Source: Candidatus Omnitrophota bacterium
GTDB taxonomy: Bacteria; Omnitrophota; Omnitrophia; Omnitrophales; Aquincolibacteriaceae
DNA length: 64,000 nt
Assembly (NCBI GenBank): GCA_903856085.1
Contig: CAIOAT010000047.1
Location: 20,634 to 84,633, forward strand
Direction of reading: 5' to 3'
Shown here: positions 42,275 to 50,836 of the stretch, in pieces
Numbering within the stretch: position 1 is the stretch's first letter
Layout: every line of letters starts with the position of its first letter
Made by a program: the position numbers and the translations under genes
Notes under the pieces: generated by a model
What the model was told of the DNA's origin: nothing
Databases searched by the model: none
What the model saw: the letters and a program-made list of their open reading frames with translations, nothing else

Positions 42275-43631
42275 AAGCATCCTGCTCGTCGATGATGAAG
42301 CGAATGCCCGCAAAGGCATGACGCAATTCCTTCAAGGTTTGGACTACGATGTGATGACTGCCACGAACGGCAAGGAGGGCCTTGAACTTTTTAAAAAGGA
42401 GAGCCCCGACCTTGTCATTTCGGACATTCGAATGCCAGAAATGGATGGCATAGAGCTTCTGGAATCGATCAAAGCCGAAGCCCCTTCCGCAAAAGTCATT
42501 CTTCTCACCGCCTATGGTTCCGTGGAAGATGCTGTCAAGGCCATGAAAAAAGGCGCTTTCTATTATCTAACGAAGCCAGTCAACCTTGAAGAACTTGAAT
42601 TCCTCGTCCGAAAAGCGTTCAGCAGTTATCAGTTGGAAGAAGAAAATCGAGAGCTCAAACAAGAGCTTTTCAGAGAACGCTATGACCAGGGCCGACTGAT
42701 CGCACACTCTCCCAAGATGAAGGAACTTCTCAAGACCGTCGATAAGATCGCGGCCTCCAATGCTTCTGTCCTGATTGAGGGAGAAAGTGGTACCGGCAAA
42801 GAACTCATCGCACGGCGCATTCATGATCTCAGCCCGAGAAAACAACATCCTTTTATTGCAGTCCATTGTGCCGCCTTGACCGAAACGCTTCTTGCCAGCG
42901 AACTCTTCGGCCACGAAAAAGGCGCATTCACCGGCGCCGCGGACAGGAAAAAAGGACGTTTCGAACGTGCGGATCATGGCAGCCTCTTTCTGGACGAAAT
43001 CGGCGAAATCACCCAAGATACCCAGGTGAAGCTTCTTCGGGTGCTCCAGGAAGGAGAGTTTGAACGCGTGGGCGGCACCAAGACGATCAAGGTGGATGTC
43101 CGGCTTATCGCCGCAACAAACAAAACTCTTCTGGACGAAGTGCAACATCAGAAATTCCGGGAGGATCTCTACTACCGTATCAATGTCATTTATCTCAAGA
43201 TTCCACCCCTCCGGGACCGGAAAGAGGATATCCCACCGCTCGTGGATGCCTTTATCCGCCAATATGCTGCGCTCAATGCTAAAAAAATTCATGGCATCGA
43301 AAAAGATGCTCGCGAGGCGCTAGTACAATACGACTGGCCCGGAAATATTCGCGAATTGAAGAATATTGTTGAGCGTATGATCGTTTTAAGTTCCGCGGGT
43401 ATGCTAACTTTAGACCAAGTCCCCGAGGATATCCGACAGGGAAGTCCTCATGTGGCGGGCCCCCTTGGGAATGTTGCGCTGCACGGGATCACAAAAATCA
43501 GCGACGCCGAACAGGAACTCATCCGTAGTGCTCTCCGAGAAACCAAGGGGAACAAGTCCAACGCTGCCGAAAAACTCGGCATCTCGCGAAGAACCCTCTA
43601 CCGAAAGCTTGAGGAATACAAAATCCTTTAA
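42267..43631 (+). CDS. Sigma54-dependent response regulator (NtrC/AtoC family: REC-AAA-Fis HTH)
   Basis: 'VDDE', 'SDIRMP', 'GESGTGKE', intact 'GAFTGA', 'FLDEIGE', 'WPGNIREL', 'AAEKLGISRRTLYRKL'. Confidence 0.96.
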   Translation: MFESILLVDDEANARKGMTQFLQGLDYDVMTATNGKEGLELFKKESPDLVISDIRMPEMDGIELLESIKAEAPSAKVILLTAYGSVEDAVKAMKKGAFYYLTKPVNLEELEFLVRKAFSSYQLEEENRELKQELFRERYDQGRLIAHSPKMKELLKTVDKIAASNASVLIEGESGTGKELIARRIHDLSPRKQHPFIAVHCAALTETLLASELFGHEKGAFTGAADRKKGRFERADHGSLFLDEIGEITQDTQVKLLRVLQEGEFERVGGTKTIKVDVRLIAATNKTLLDEVQHQKFREDLYYRINVIYLKIPPLRDRKEDIPPLVDAFIRQYAALNAKKIHGIEKDAREALVQYDWPGNIRELKNIVERMIVLSSAGMLTLDQVPEDIRQGSPHVAGPLGNVALHGITKISDAEQELIRSALRETKGNKSNAAEKLGISRRTLYRKLEEYKIL

Positions 43632-43658
43632 ATTGTTTTGCCGTTTAGTTACACTCTT

Positions 43659-43778
43659 TGCGTCATTATGGCGCACTCGCACAGTTTGATTCTTGGTCAT
43701 TGATTGAGTGCTATATAACCCATTGAAATTAATAGAGTTACAAAGTCGTAATTTTAAGAACAATGGCATGTTAATTGT
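43659..43778 (+). promoter_or_regulatory. Putative sigma54 promoter architecture upstream of dnaK (enhancer, IHF-like site, -24/-12)
   Basis: TGCGTCA-N3-TGGCGCA (43659-43675); IHF-like TTTCAA-N4-TTA on the minus strand (43716-43728); TGGCAT-N5-TTGT (43764-43778). Confidence 0.5.
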
Positions 43779-43831
43779 TGTTATAAAGGCGTAAGTGCCG
43801 TAATTAACGAACATAAAAAGGAGAAACTAAC

Positions 43832-45757
43832 ATGGGAAAAATCTTAGGAATTGACTTAGGAACGACTAATTCGTGTATGGCGATTATCGAGGGATCGGAT
43901 CCCAAGGTCATCGAAAACAAGGAAGGCAACCGAACCACACCCTCCATTGTCGCATTCACAAAAAACGGCGAGCAATTGGTGGGACAAACGGCTAAACGCC
44001 AGGCGGTTACGAATCCTGAAAACACGATTTTCAGTGCGAAGCGCTTCATGGGGCGCCGGCAAGAAGAAGCCTCTCACGAATGCCAGCTCGTTCCCTTCAA
44101 GGTGAAGGCCGGCAAACACGGTGAGGCGGTCTTCAATATCCCGCAGGAAAAACGGGATTATACGCCCCCGGAGATCTCGGCGAAAATCCTTCAGAAGCTC
44201 AAGGCCGACGCGGAAATGTATTTAGGGGAACCCATCACGCAGGCCGTGATCACTGTGCCCGCGTATTTTAATGATTCCCAGCGCCAAGCCACCAAAGACG
44301 CTGGACAGATCGCTGGGCTAGAAGTCCTGCGCATCATCAATGAACCGACTGCGGCGGCACTTGCGTACGGTATGGATAAAAAAAAGGATGAAACTATCGC
44401 GGTCTATGACCTTGGCGGCGGAACATTCGATATTTCCATCCTCGATATCGGCGAGGGCGTATTCGAAGTCAAGGCGACGAATGGCGATACACATTTGGGG
44501 GGAGATGACTTCGACCAAAAGGTCATTGATTGGCTCATCGCGGAGTTCAAAAAGACCGATGGTATCGATCTCTCGAAGGATCGCATGGCCATTCAGCGTC
44601 TTAAAGAAGCCGCTGAAAAAGCCAAATGTGAACTCTCCACAGCCCAAAGCACGGAGATCAATTTGCCGTTCATCACAGCCGATGCGTCCGGCCCCAAGCA
44701 TCTGCTCTTGACGCTGACCCGTGCGAAACTCGAGCAATTAGTTGCCGATCTGATCGAACGCACCGTCGCGCCATGCCTGCAAGCGATGAAAGACGCCGGC
44801 GTAAAACCCGAGGACATCGATGAGGTGATCATGGTAGGTGGCATGACCCGTATGCCAGCGGTGGTACAAAAAGCAAAAGATCTTTTCAAAAAGGTCCCGC
44901 ATCAGGGCGTTAACCCGGATGAGGTCGTGGCGATCGGTGCTGCAATTCAGGGAGGCGTTTTAAAAGGAGATGTGAAAGATATCCTTCTCCTGGACGTGAC
45001 TCCGCTTTCACTCGGCATCGAAACACTCGGCGGTGTCATGACCAAGCTGATCGAGCGCAACACCACGATCCCGACACGGAAATCCGAGATCTTCTCAACT
45101 GCCGCGGACAGTCAGACTGCCGTGACAGTGAAAGTTCTTCAGGGCGAACGTGAAATAGCTTCCAACAACCGTGTCCTCGGGCTCTTCAATCTTGAAGGAA
45201 TTCCGCCCGCGCCGCGCGGCGTTCCTCAGGTCGAAGTGACTTTTGATATCGACGCGAACGGTATTGTCCACGTGTCGGCAAAAGATCTCGGCACGGGCAA
45301 GGAACAAAAAATCCGTATCGAGTCTTCGTCCGGACTTTCTAAAGATGAGGTCGAGAAGCTCGTCAAGGAAGGTCAGGCCCATGCGGACGAGGATAAACAA
45401 AAGCATGAAGTTATCACGGCCCGCAACCAGCTCGACAACCTTATCTACGCGACTGAAAAGACCCTGAAAGAACACGGAGACAAGGTCTCGGAAGATGAGA
45501 AAAAGAAAGTCGAAGAGGCCTTGAAGGAAGCGAAAACCTCGCTCACGAGTGAATCCAAGGACGAGCTTGAAAAAGCCGGACAGAAACTCGCGACCGCATC
45601 CCATACCATCGCACAAAAAATGTATGAAGAGGCCGCAAAAAAATCAGGGAACAAAGATGCGGCGACTCCCGGTACCGAAGAAAAAAAAGACGACGGCGTT
45701 GTGGACGCAGACTATGAAGTTGTTGATGACGAGGAAAAGAAGAAGAAAAAAGAGTAA
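43832..45757 (+). CDS. dnaK: Molecular chaperone DnaK
   Basis: 'GIDLGTTNS', 'TVPAYFND', 'DLGGGTFD', 'NPDEVVA', 'DADYE'. Confidence 0.99.
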   Translation: MGKILGIDLGTTNSCMAIIEGSDPKVIENKEGNRTTPSIVAFTKNGEQLVGQTAKRQAVTNPENTIFSAKRFMGRRQEEASHECQLVPFKVKAGKHGEAVFNIPQEKRDYTPPEISAKILQKLKADAEMYLGEPITQAVITVPAYFNDSQRQATKDAGQIAGLEVLRIINEPTAAALAYGMDKKKDETIAVYDLGGGTFDISILDIGEGVFEVKATNGDTHLGGDDFDQKVIDWLIAEFKKTDGIDLSKDRMAIQRLKEAAEKAKCELSTAQSTEINLPFITADASGPKHLLLTLTRAKLEQLVADLIERTVAPCLQAMKDAGVKPEDIDEVIMVGGMTRMPAVVQKAKDLFKKVPHQGVNPDEVVAIGAAIQGGVLKGDVKDILLLDVTPLSLGIETLGGVMTKLIERNTTIPTRKSEIFSTAADSQTAVTVKVLQGEREIASNNRVLGLFNLEGIPPAPRGVPQVEVTFDIDANGIVHVSAKDLGTGKEQKIRIESSSGLSKDEVEKLVKEGQAHADEDKQKHEVITARNQLDNLIYATEKTLKEHGDKVSEDEKKKVEEALKEAKTSLTSESKDELEKAGQKLATASHTIAQKMYEEAAKKSGNKDAATPGTEEKKDDGVVDADYEVVDDEEKKKKKE

Positions 45758-45767
45758 GGTGCTCGGG

Positions 45768-45809
45768 GAACGGGGAACGTTCGGCGTTTAACGCAAGCGT
45801 TCCCCGTTC
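45768..45809 (+). terminator. Hairpin after dnaK (probable terminator)
   Basis: gaacggggaacg (45768-45779) / cgttccccgttc (45798-45809), a 12-bp perfect stem followed by tgtattt. Confidence 0.6.
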
Positions 45810-45845
45810 TGTATTTCCCGAAATAAACAGACGAAAGAAGATCTG

Positions 45846-46709
45846 ATGTCTTACGGCATGAAGTGCTTTCTGTTATGCTCGACACTGACGTTTTGCGCGC
45901 TCACACCAATGGGCTTTGCAACTCCTCGTCTCAATATTGAACCTCTCCCCAAACGGATCACCACCGACCAGAGCATTACCCTGAAGATCCGACTCGAATG
46001 GCCGCAGACCGAAGATCCGTACGAAATCAATTCCTTAGAACCGAAACTAGAAAATCTGGTTCTTGAAAATCAAAACCAATCGCAAGAAACGGGTGCGATT
46101 GTTTCTCAAACCTTGCTCTACGAATTCCGCCCTCTGTCTGCAGGAACGGCCGTCATTTATCCCTTTGAGATCAGTTATCGCAAGAGCGATGCGGAACCAT
46201 GGATACCTATCCTCATCCCGGAACGAACGATCAAAGTAGTCTCAAACTTTCTTTCTAAAATGATCCTAATCTGGCTGGGTATAGCGATAGGCCTTTCGGT
46301 GGGAATATTCGCAGGCTTAAAAGGGTGGAAACTTTTGAAAACCCGAGAGGCTATCAGAAATGCTCCGCCGCCAGATCCGAAACAACGTGTTTACGCGAAG
46401 GCAGAGGAATCCATCACGACTTTCACTTCGCCGGATTCTAAAGAAAAAATGACTCATTGGTCCAATCAATTGCGAACCGTTCTCGTGACCTATTATGATG
46501 TCTCCTCCAAGACCACCACGAGTGCGGAGGTTCTTTCAGCCTTGAAAGCCAAGGGACTTCCGACGGGGGAGTGGAACGAGATTTCCCGACTTTTCGAGCA
46601 ACTGACCGAGATGCAATTTTCGCAACAGGACATCCCGGCATACGATCTCGACCGCCTTCAAAAGAGCCTCTTGCAATATGTGAGAGGCAAGATTATCATT
46701 GGGAATTAA
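45846..46709 (+). CDS. Exported/membrane protein, BatD-like Ig-type domain plus TM and C-terminal helical domain
   Basis: Signal peptide, beta-rich domain ('YEFRPLSAGTAVI.PFEISY') and single TM. Same layout as 48834-49781; sits at the head of the MoxR/Bat cluster. Confidence 0.6.
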   Translation: MSYGMKCFLLCSTLTFCALTPMGFATPRLNIEPLPKRITTDQSITLKIRLEWPQTEDPYEINSLEPKLENLVLENQNQSQETGAIVSQTLLYEFRPLSAGTAVIYPFEISYRKSDAEPWIPILIPERTIKVVSNFLSKMILIWLGIAIGLSVGIFAGLKGWKLLKTREAIRNAPPPDPKQRVYAKAEESITTFTSPDSKEKMTHWSNQLRTVLVTYYDVSSKTTTSAEVLSALKAKGLPTGEWNEISRLFEQLTEMQFSQQDIPAYDLDRLQKSLLQYVRGKIIIGN

Positions 46710-46723
46710 TCTCTTAATTCTCT

Positions 46724-46758
46724 TTCACCCCGTTAGAGATTTCAGCAATCGGGGTGGA
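46724..46758. repeat. Intergenic palindrome (REP-like)
   Basis: caccccg (46726-46732) / cggggtg (46750-46756) stem around 'ttagagatttcagcaat'. Confidence 0.35.
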
Positions 46759-46847
46759 TTGTTTTGATTCAAAGGGTCCTTGAATTTAACTATGAAACGC
46801 ACCGTTCGGGCTCGGAAGATCTTGAACGATGCAAGAAGGAGAACTTT

Positions 46848-47837
46848 ATGGACAACTCGATCCAAGAAGTAAACGCCAAGATTCGTGATGCTAACTCGTC
46901 TCTGAAAGACCTCACACGCGAGATTGGAAAGGTCATCGTCGGGCAGCAATATCTCGTGGACCGGCTTCTTATGGCTCTTTTAGCGGATGGGCATATCTTG
47001 ATCGAGGGCGTTCCGGGGCTTGCCAAAACTCTTTCCGTCAGAACTCTCTCCCAGGCCATTGACGCTCAATTTCAGCGCATCCAGTTCACCCCCGACCTTT
47101 TACCGGCGGACGTGGTTGGAACCTTGGTCTATAACCCCAAGGATGGTCATTTTACGACCAAAAAGGGCCCTATTTTCACAAATATCGTCCTGGCGGATGA
47201 AATCAACCGGGCTCCTTCTAAGGTCCAAAGCGCGCTTCTGGAAGCCATGCAGGAGCGCCAGGTTACGATTGGGAACGAAACCTTCCCCTTACCGGTCCCG
47301 TTCCTCGTCCTCGCCACCCAGAACCCGATCGAGCAGGAGGGGACCTATCCTCTTCCCGAAGCTCAAGTCGACCGTTTTATGCTGAAGCTCGTTGTTAGCT
47401 ATCCGAGTAAAAAAGAAGAAAAAGAGATCCTGGAGCGCATGGCAATTGGCAAAACCGTCCAGATCAAGCCCGTGTTGGATATCGACCGCATCATAGCCTT
47501 GCGCCAACTCATGCATCAAATTTACATCGATGAAAAAGTGAAGGATTATATCCTTGATCTTGTATTCGCAACGCGCAATCCCCAGGATTACAAGCTCGCG
47601 GATCTGAAACCCCTCATTTCGTACGGAGCTTCGCCGCGTGCGAGCATCATGCTGACATTGGCAGCTAAAGCCAACGCCTTTCTCCAGGGCCGCGGTTATG
47701 TGACCCCGGATGACGTCAAGCAGATCGGAACGGATGTTCTCCGGCATCGTGTGCTCGTAACTTACGAAGCTGAGGCCGAAGACATCACGTCCGACGATCT
47801 TGTGAAGAAGATTTTCGATCAAGTCGAAGTCCCGTAA
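46848..47837 (+). CDS. MoxR-family AAA+ ATPase
   Basis: 'GVPGLAKT', 'RIQFTPDLLPAD', 'LADEINRA', 'ATQNPIEQEGTYPLPEAQVDRF', 'GASPRA'. RBS aaggag. Confidence 0.96.
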   Translation: MDNSIQEVNAKIRDANSSLKDLTREIGKVIVGQQYLVDRLLMALLADGHILIEGVPGLAKTLSVRTLSQAIDAQFQRIQFTPDLLPADVVGTLVYNPKDGHFTTKKGPIFTNIVLADEINRAPSKVQSALLEAMQERQVTIGNETFPLPVPFLVLATQNPIEQEGTYPLPEAQVDRFMLKLVVSYPSKKEEKEILERMAIGKTVQIKPVLDIDRIIALRQLMHQIYIDEKVKDYILDLVFATRNPQDYKLADLKPLISYGASPRASIMLTLAAKANAFLQGRGYVTPDDVKQIGTDVLRHRVLVTYEAEAEDITSDDLVKKIFDQVEVP

Positions 47838-47964
47838 TTCTCTGCGAAACAAGATTGAAATTGCGAAGCGAGAAACAATTTTAAATGTTTCGGATTCTTC
47901 AAAACAAATATTTCCATTTCGAATTCGTTGCTGTTTGATCACTTTACTGGAGTTATCATAATCC

Positions 47965-48837
47965 ATGAGCCTCGCCGCGCTCCTAAAGAAGGTCCGGAAG
48001 ATCGAAATTCGCACGACGCGACTGGTCAACGATCTCTTCGGAGGTGAGTATGAATCCGTCTTTAAAGGCCAGGGGATCGAGTTTTCAGACGTCCGGGAAT
48101 ACGTGCCGGGCGATGATATCCGCACCATTGATTGGAACGTCACCGCGCGCTCACAGAATCCCTTCGTTAAAAAGTTCGTCGAGACCCGCGAACTTACAGT
48201 GCTTTTCGCCGTCGATATGTCCGGCTCCCAATATTTCGGATCGACAGATAAGCTCAAGTCAGAGATCGCTGCGGAGATCACGGCCATTCTCGCTTTTTCC
48301 GCCGTTAAGAATAATGACAAGACCGGACTCCTCATCGCTACGGAGGGCGTTGAGAAATTCATCCCTGTCAAAAAGGGGCGCAATCACGCCCTCCGTGTCA
48401 TCCGCGAAATTCTTGGGTACCAACCCAAGAAAAAAAAGACGCGGCTTGCCGGCGCTCTGGAATATCTCTATCGGGTCCAGACAAGGACTTCGGTCATTTT
48501 TCTGATCTCGGACTTCATGGATGACGGCTATGAAAAAGCTTTAAAAATCCTTAGCCAGAAACACGACGTGATTGCCATCTATCTGCACGACCAACTCGAA
48601 CAACAATTCCCGAAGATCGGACTGGTGGAGCTTGCGGACAGGGAAACAGGGAACACCATGCTTGTTGACACGACCTCGTCCCAATTCCAAGACCGGTTTC
48701 GTCAGACAGCCAATGAAAAACAGATCGCACTCTCCAGACTTTTTAAACGTCTTCAGATCGACTGTATCGATATCCCTGCAAATACTTCCTATGTCGAACC
48801 TCTTTTTAAGTTCTTCAAGGGAAGGGAACGTAAATGA
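47965..48837 (+). CDS. DUF58 family protein (VWA-like)
   Basis: 'G.G.EF.DVREYVPGDDIRTIDWNVTAR', 'DMSGS', 'ISDF'. Confidence 0.94.
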   Translation: MSLAALLKKVRKIEIRTTRLVNDLFGGEYESVFKGQGIEFSDVREYVPGDDIRTIDWNVTARSQNPFVKKFVETRELTVLFAVDMSGSQYFGSTDKLKSEIAAEITAILAFSAVKNNDKTGLLIATEGVEKFIPVKKGRNHALRVIREILGYQPKKKKTRLAGALEYLYRVQTRTSVIFLISDFMDDGYEKALKILSQKHDVIAIYLHDQLEQQFPKIGLVELADRETGNTMLVDTTSSQFQDRFRQTANEKQIALSRLFKRLQIDCIDIPANTSYVEPLFKFFKGRERK

Positions 48838-49781
48838 GAAAGTCATTTTTCTTTGCGCTTCTGTTTGTCGCAGCTTTTTGCGTCCCTTGCCTTGCGGCAA
48901 ATACAGACGACATTCGCGTCAAAGCCGAGGTCGATAAAGCATTCCTCACGATCGGTGACCCGGTCACCTACACCGTTACCGTCGAGCATTCTCCGGACAT
49001 CCGAATCCTTTCCGAGATCCCTGCGCCTTCTTCGGATATCCTCGAGATCAAGAAAGTCGAAGACATCCATAAAAAACTAAAGAAAAATATTGTTACAGGC
49101 CGTAAATTCATCCTCACAAGCTATCGGCTTGGCGAATTCGTCCTCGATCCTGTGATCCTCAAATACCAAAAGGATGGACAGCCCGAGAAAAGCATTCCAA
49201 CGAACAAACTCTACCTGACTGTCAAAAGTGTTACGAATGGTGCTCCCCAAGAAGATATCCGCGATGTTAAATCCGTTGTTCCGTACAAACTGCACCTGGG
49301 AAAATTCCTCTGGACACTTCTTGCCCTGTCGCTTCTCATGGCCGGCTACTTCCTCTACCGTGCTCTTCGCAAGAAAAAGAATGTGTTTCAACCCGCGCCT
49401 TCGCCTTTGACAGCTGAAGAGGAGGCTTTTCTGCATCTCGGGGAACTTTTCGAATCCGATCTTCTCAAGCGCGGGCTCATCAAAATGTATTACTTGCGTC
49501 TTTCCGAGATTTTGCGGGTCTATTTTGAAAAACGCTATCAGATCCTTGCGGTAGAATTAACCACCGTCGAAATCCTTCGCGCTCTCCGGCCCCAGCATCT
49601 TGAGACCGGCCTTTATCAGAAGATCCAGTATGTCCTCGACGCCTCAGATCTTGCGAAATTCGCAAAGTGGATCCCCACGGCTCCTGAGATCATGCAGATC
49701 AACAAGAAAGCCGAAGAGATCATCAAAGAATCCGTTCCGGTCCTAGAGCAAGCCCTTGCAGAGGCATCCCATGGTGTTTAG
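48834..49781 (+). CDS. Conserved Bat-cluster membrane protein (BatD-like N-domain, TM)
   Basis: Signal peptide, 'IGDPVTYTV', 'DIRDVK', TM, 'LSEILRVYFE..Y', 'DLAKFAK'; typical position between DUF58 and batA. Confidence 0.75.
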   Translation: MRKSFFFALLFVAAFCVPCLAANTDDIRVKAEVDKAFLTIGDPVTYTVTVEHSPDIRILSEIPAPSSDILEIKKVEDIHKKLKKNIVTGRKFILTSYRLGEFVLDPVILKYQKDGQPEKSIPTNKLYLTVKSVTNGAPQEDIRDVKSVVPYKLHLGKFLWTLLALSLLMAGYFLYRALRKKKNVFQPAPSPLTAEEEAFLHLGELFESDLLKRGLIKMYYLRLSEILRVYFEKRYQILAVELTTVEILRALRPQHLETGLYQKIQYVLDASDLAKFAKWIPTAPEIMQINKKAEEIIKESVPVLEQALAEASHGV

Positions 49782-50751
49782 GTACCCGGTATTCTTTCTT
49801 CTTTTGCTTCTCCTGCCACCCCTCTTTCTTTGGGCCAAACGGCGCGAAAAGCTCGAATTCGCATTCTCATCCTTTGAACTTCTCAAAGGGCAGTCCACGA
49901 CACCGCGGATGTTTCTATCTAAAACCCTGCCGTTCCTGCGTGCCGCAATATTACTGCTTGTGATTGCCGCGCTCGCACGACCGTCCAGCGTCTCCAGCGA
50001 CAAGGAATACACGACCCGTGGGGTAGATATCATGATCGCTCTCGACATCTCGGGCTCCATGCTGGCAGAAGATTTTCAGCCCGAGAACCGTGTTTATGTC
50101 GCCAAGCAAGAGGCTATCAATTTCATCAAAGGGCGCGAGAACGACCGAGTCGGGCTCGTGGTTTTTGCCAAAAAAGCGTTTACGCAGTGTCCGCTTACCC
50201 TGGATTATCGCATTCTGACCGAGTTGCTGGCCGAGATCCGGGTCGGTATGATTGCGGATGGCACCGCTATCGGCATGGGCCTCGCGACCGCCGTAAATCG
50301 TCTCCGGGACAGCAACGCGAAAAGCAAGATCATTATCCTGATCACGGACGGTGAAAATAATGCCGGCAATATCGACCCGGTTACCGCCGCGGAGCTTGCC
50401 AAAAGCTTTGGCATCAGAGTCTACACAATCGGAGTCGGCAAGGGTGGGATGGTGCCATTCCCGGTCGATGACCCACTTTTTGGCAAACGTTATGTTCAGG
50501 CCAACGTTGAAATCGACGAGACAACCCTGAAGCGCATCGCCGACATTACCGGCGGCCTTTTCTTCCGGGCGCGCGATTCTGGGGCGCTCTCTGAGATCTA
50601 TGAACGGATCAATAAACTTGAAAAAAGCGACGTCAAGGTCAAGGAATATAGAAGTTATAATGAGATGTTCCCGATATTCTTGATCCCCGCACTTTTTTTA
50701 CTCCTAATTGAGATCTTGTTACGTCGAACAGTGCTTTTGAAGGTGCCCTGA
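49771..50751 (+). CDS. batA: BatA-like VWA domain protein
   Basis: N-terminal TMs, 'LARP', MIDAS 'DISGSM', 'GTAIG', 'ITDG', C-terminal TM. Confidence 0.9.
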   Translation: MVFRYPVFFLLLLLLPPLFLWAKRREKLEFAFSSFELLKGQSTTPRMFLSKTLPFLRAAILLLVIAALARPSSVSSDKEYTTRGVDIMIALDISGSMLAEDFQPENRVYVAKQEAINFIKGRENDRVGLVVFAKKAFTQCPLTLDYRILTELLAEIRVGMIADGTAIGMGLATAVNRLRDSNAKSKIIILITDGENNAGNIDPVTAAELAKSFGIRVYTIGVGKGGMVPFPVDDPLFGKRYVQANVEIDETTLKRIADITGGLFFRARDSGALSEIYERINKLEKSDVKVKEYRSYNEMFPIFLIPALFLLLIEILLRRTVLLKVP

Positions 50752-50836
50752 TGGATATCTTTATTTTCCAGATGATTCATGAGGGCAACACTGACTTCCC
50801 GATATTTTTTTCAATGGAAAGCCAGGTGCCCTGATG
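50741..50836. repeat. 13-bp direct repeat aggtgccctgatg, 83 bp apart
   Basis: Identical copies at 50741-50753 and 50824-50836. Confidence 0.85.
50751..50834 (+). CDS. 27-aa mini-ORF (MDIFIFQMIHEGNTDFPIFFSMESQVP) coupled by TGATG to both batA and batB
   Basis: ATG overlaps the batA stop and TGA overlaps the batB start; flanked by 13-bp direct repeats. Confidence 0.4.
   Translation: MDIFIFQMIHEGNTDFPIFFSMESQVP

Noticed and set aside
43673-43714. Possible CIRCE upstream of dnaK (GCACTC...GAGTGCTA)
   Set aside because: The arms are 27 nt apart rather than 9, and the left arm lacks TTA; only a half-site.
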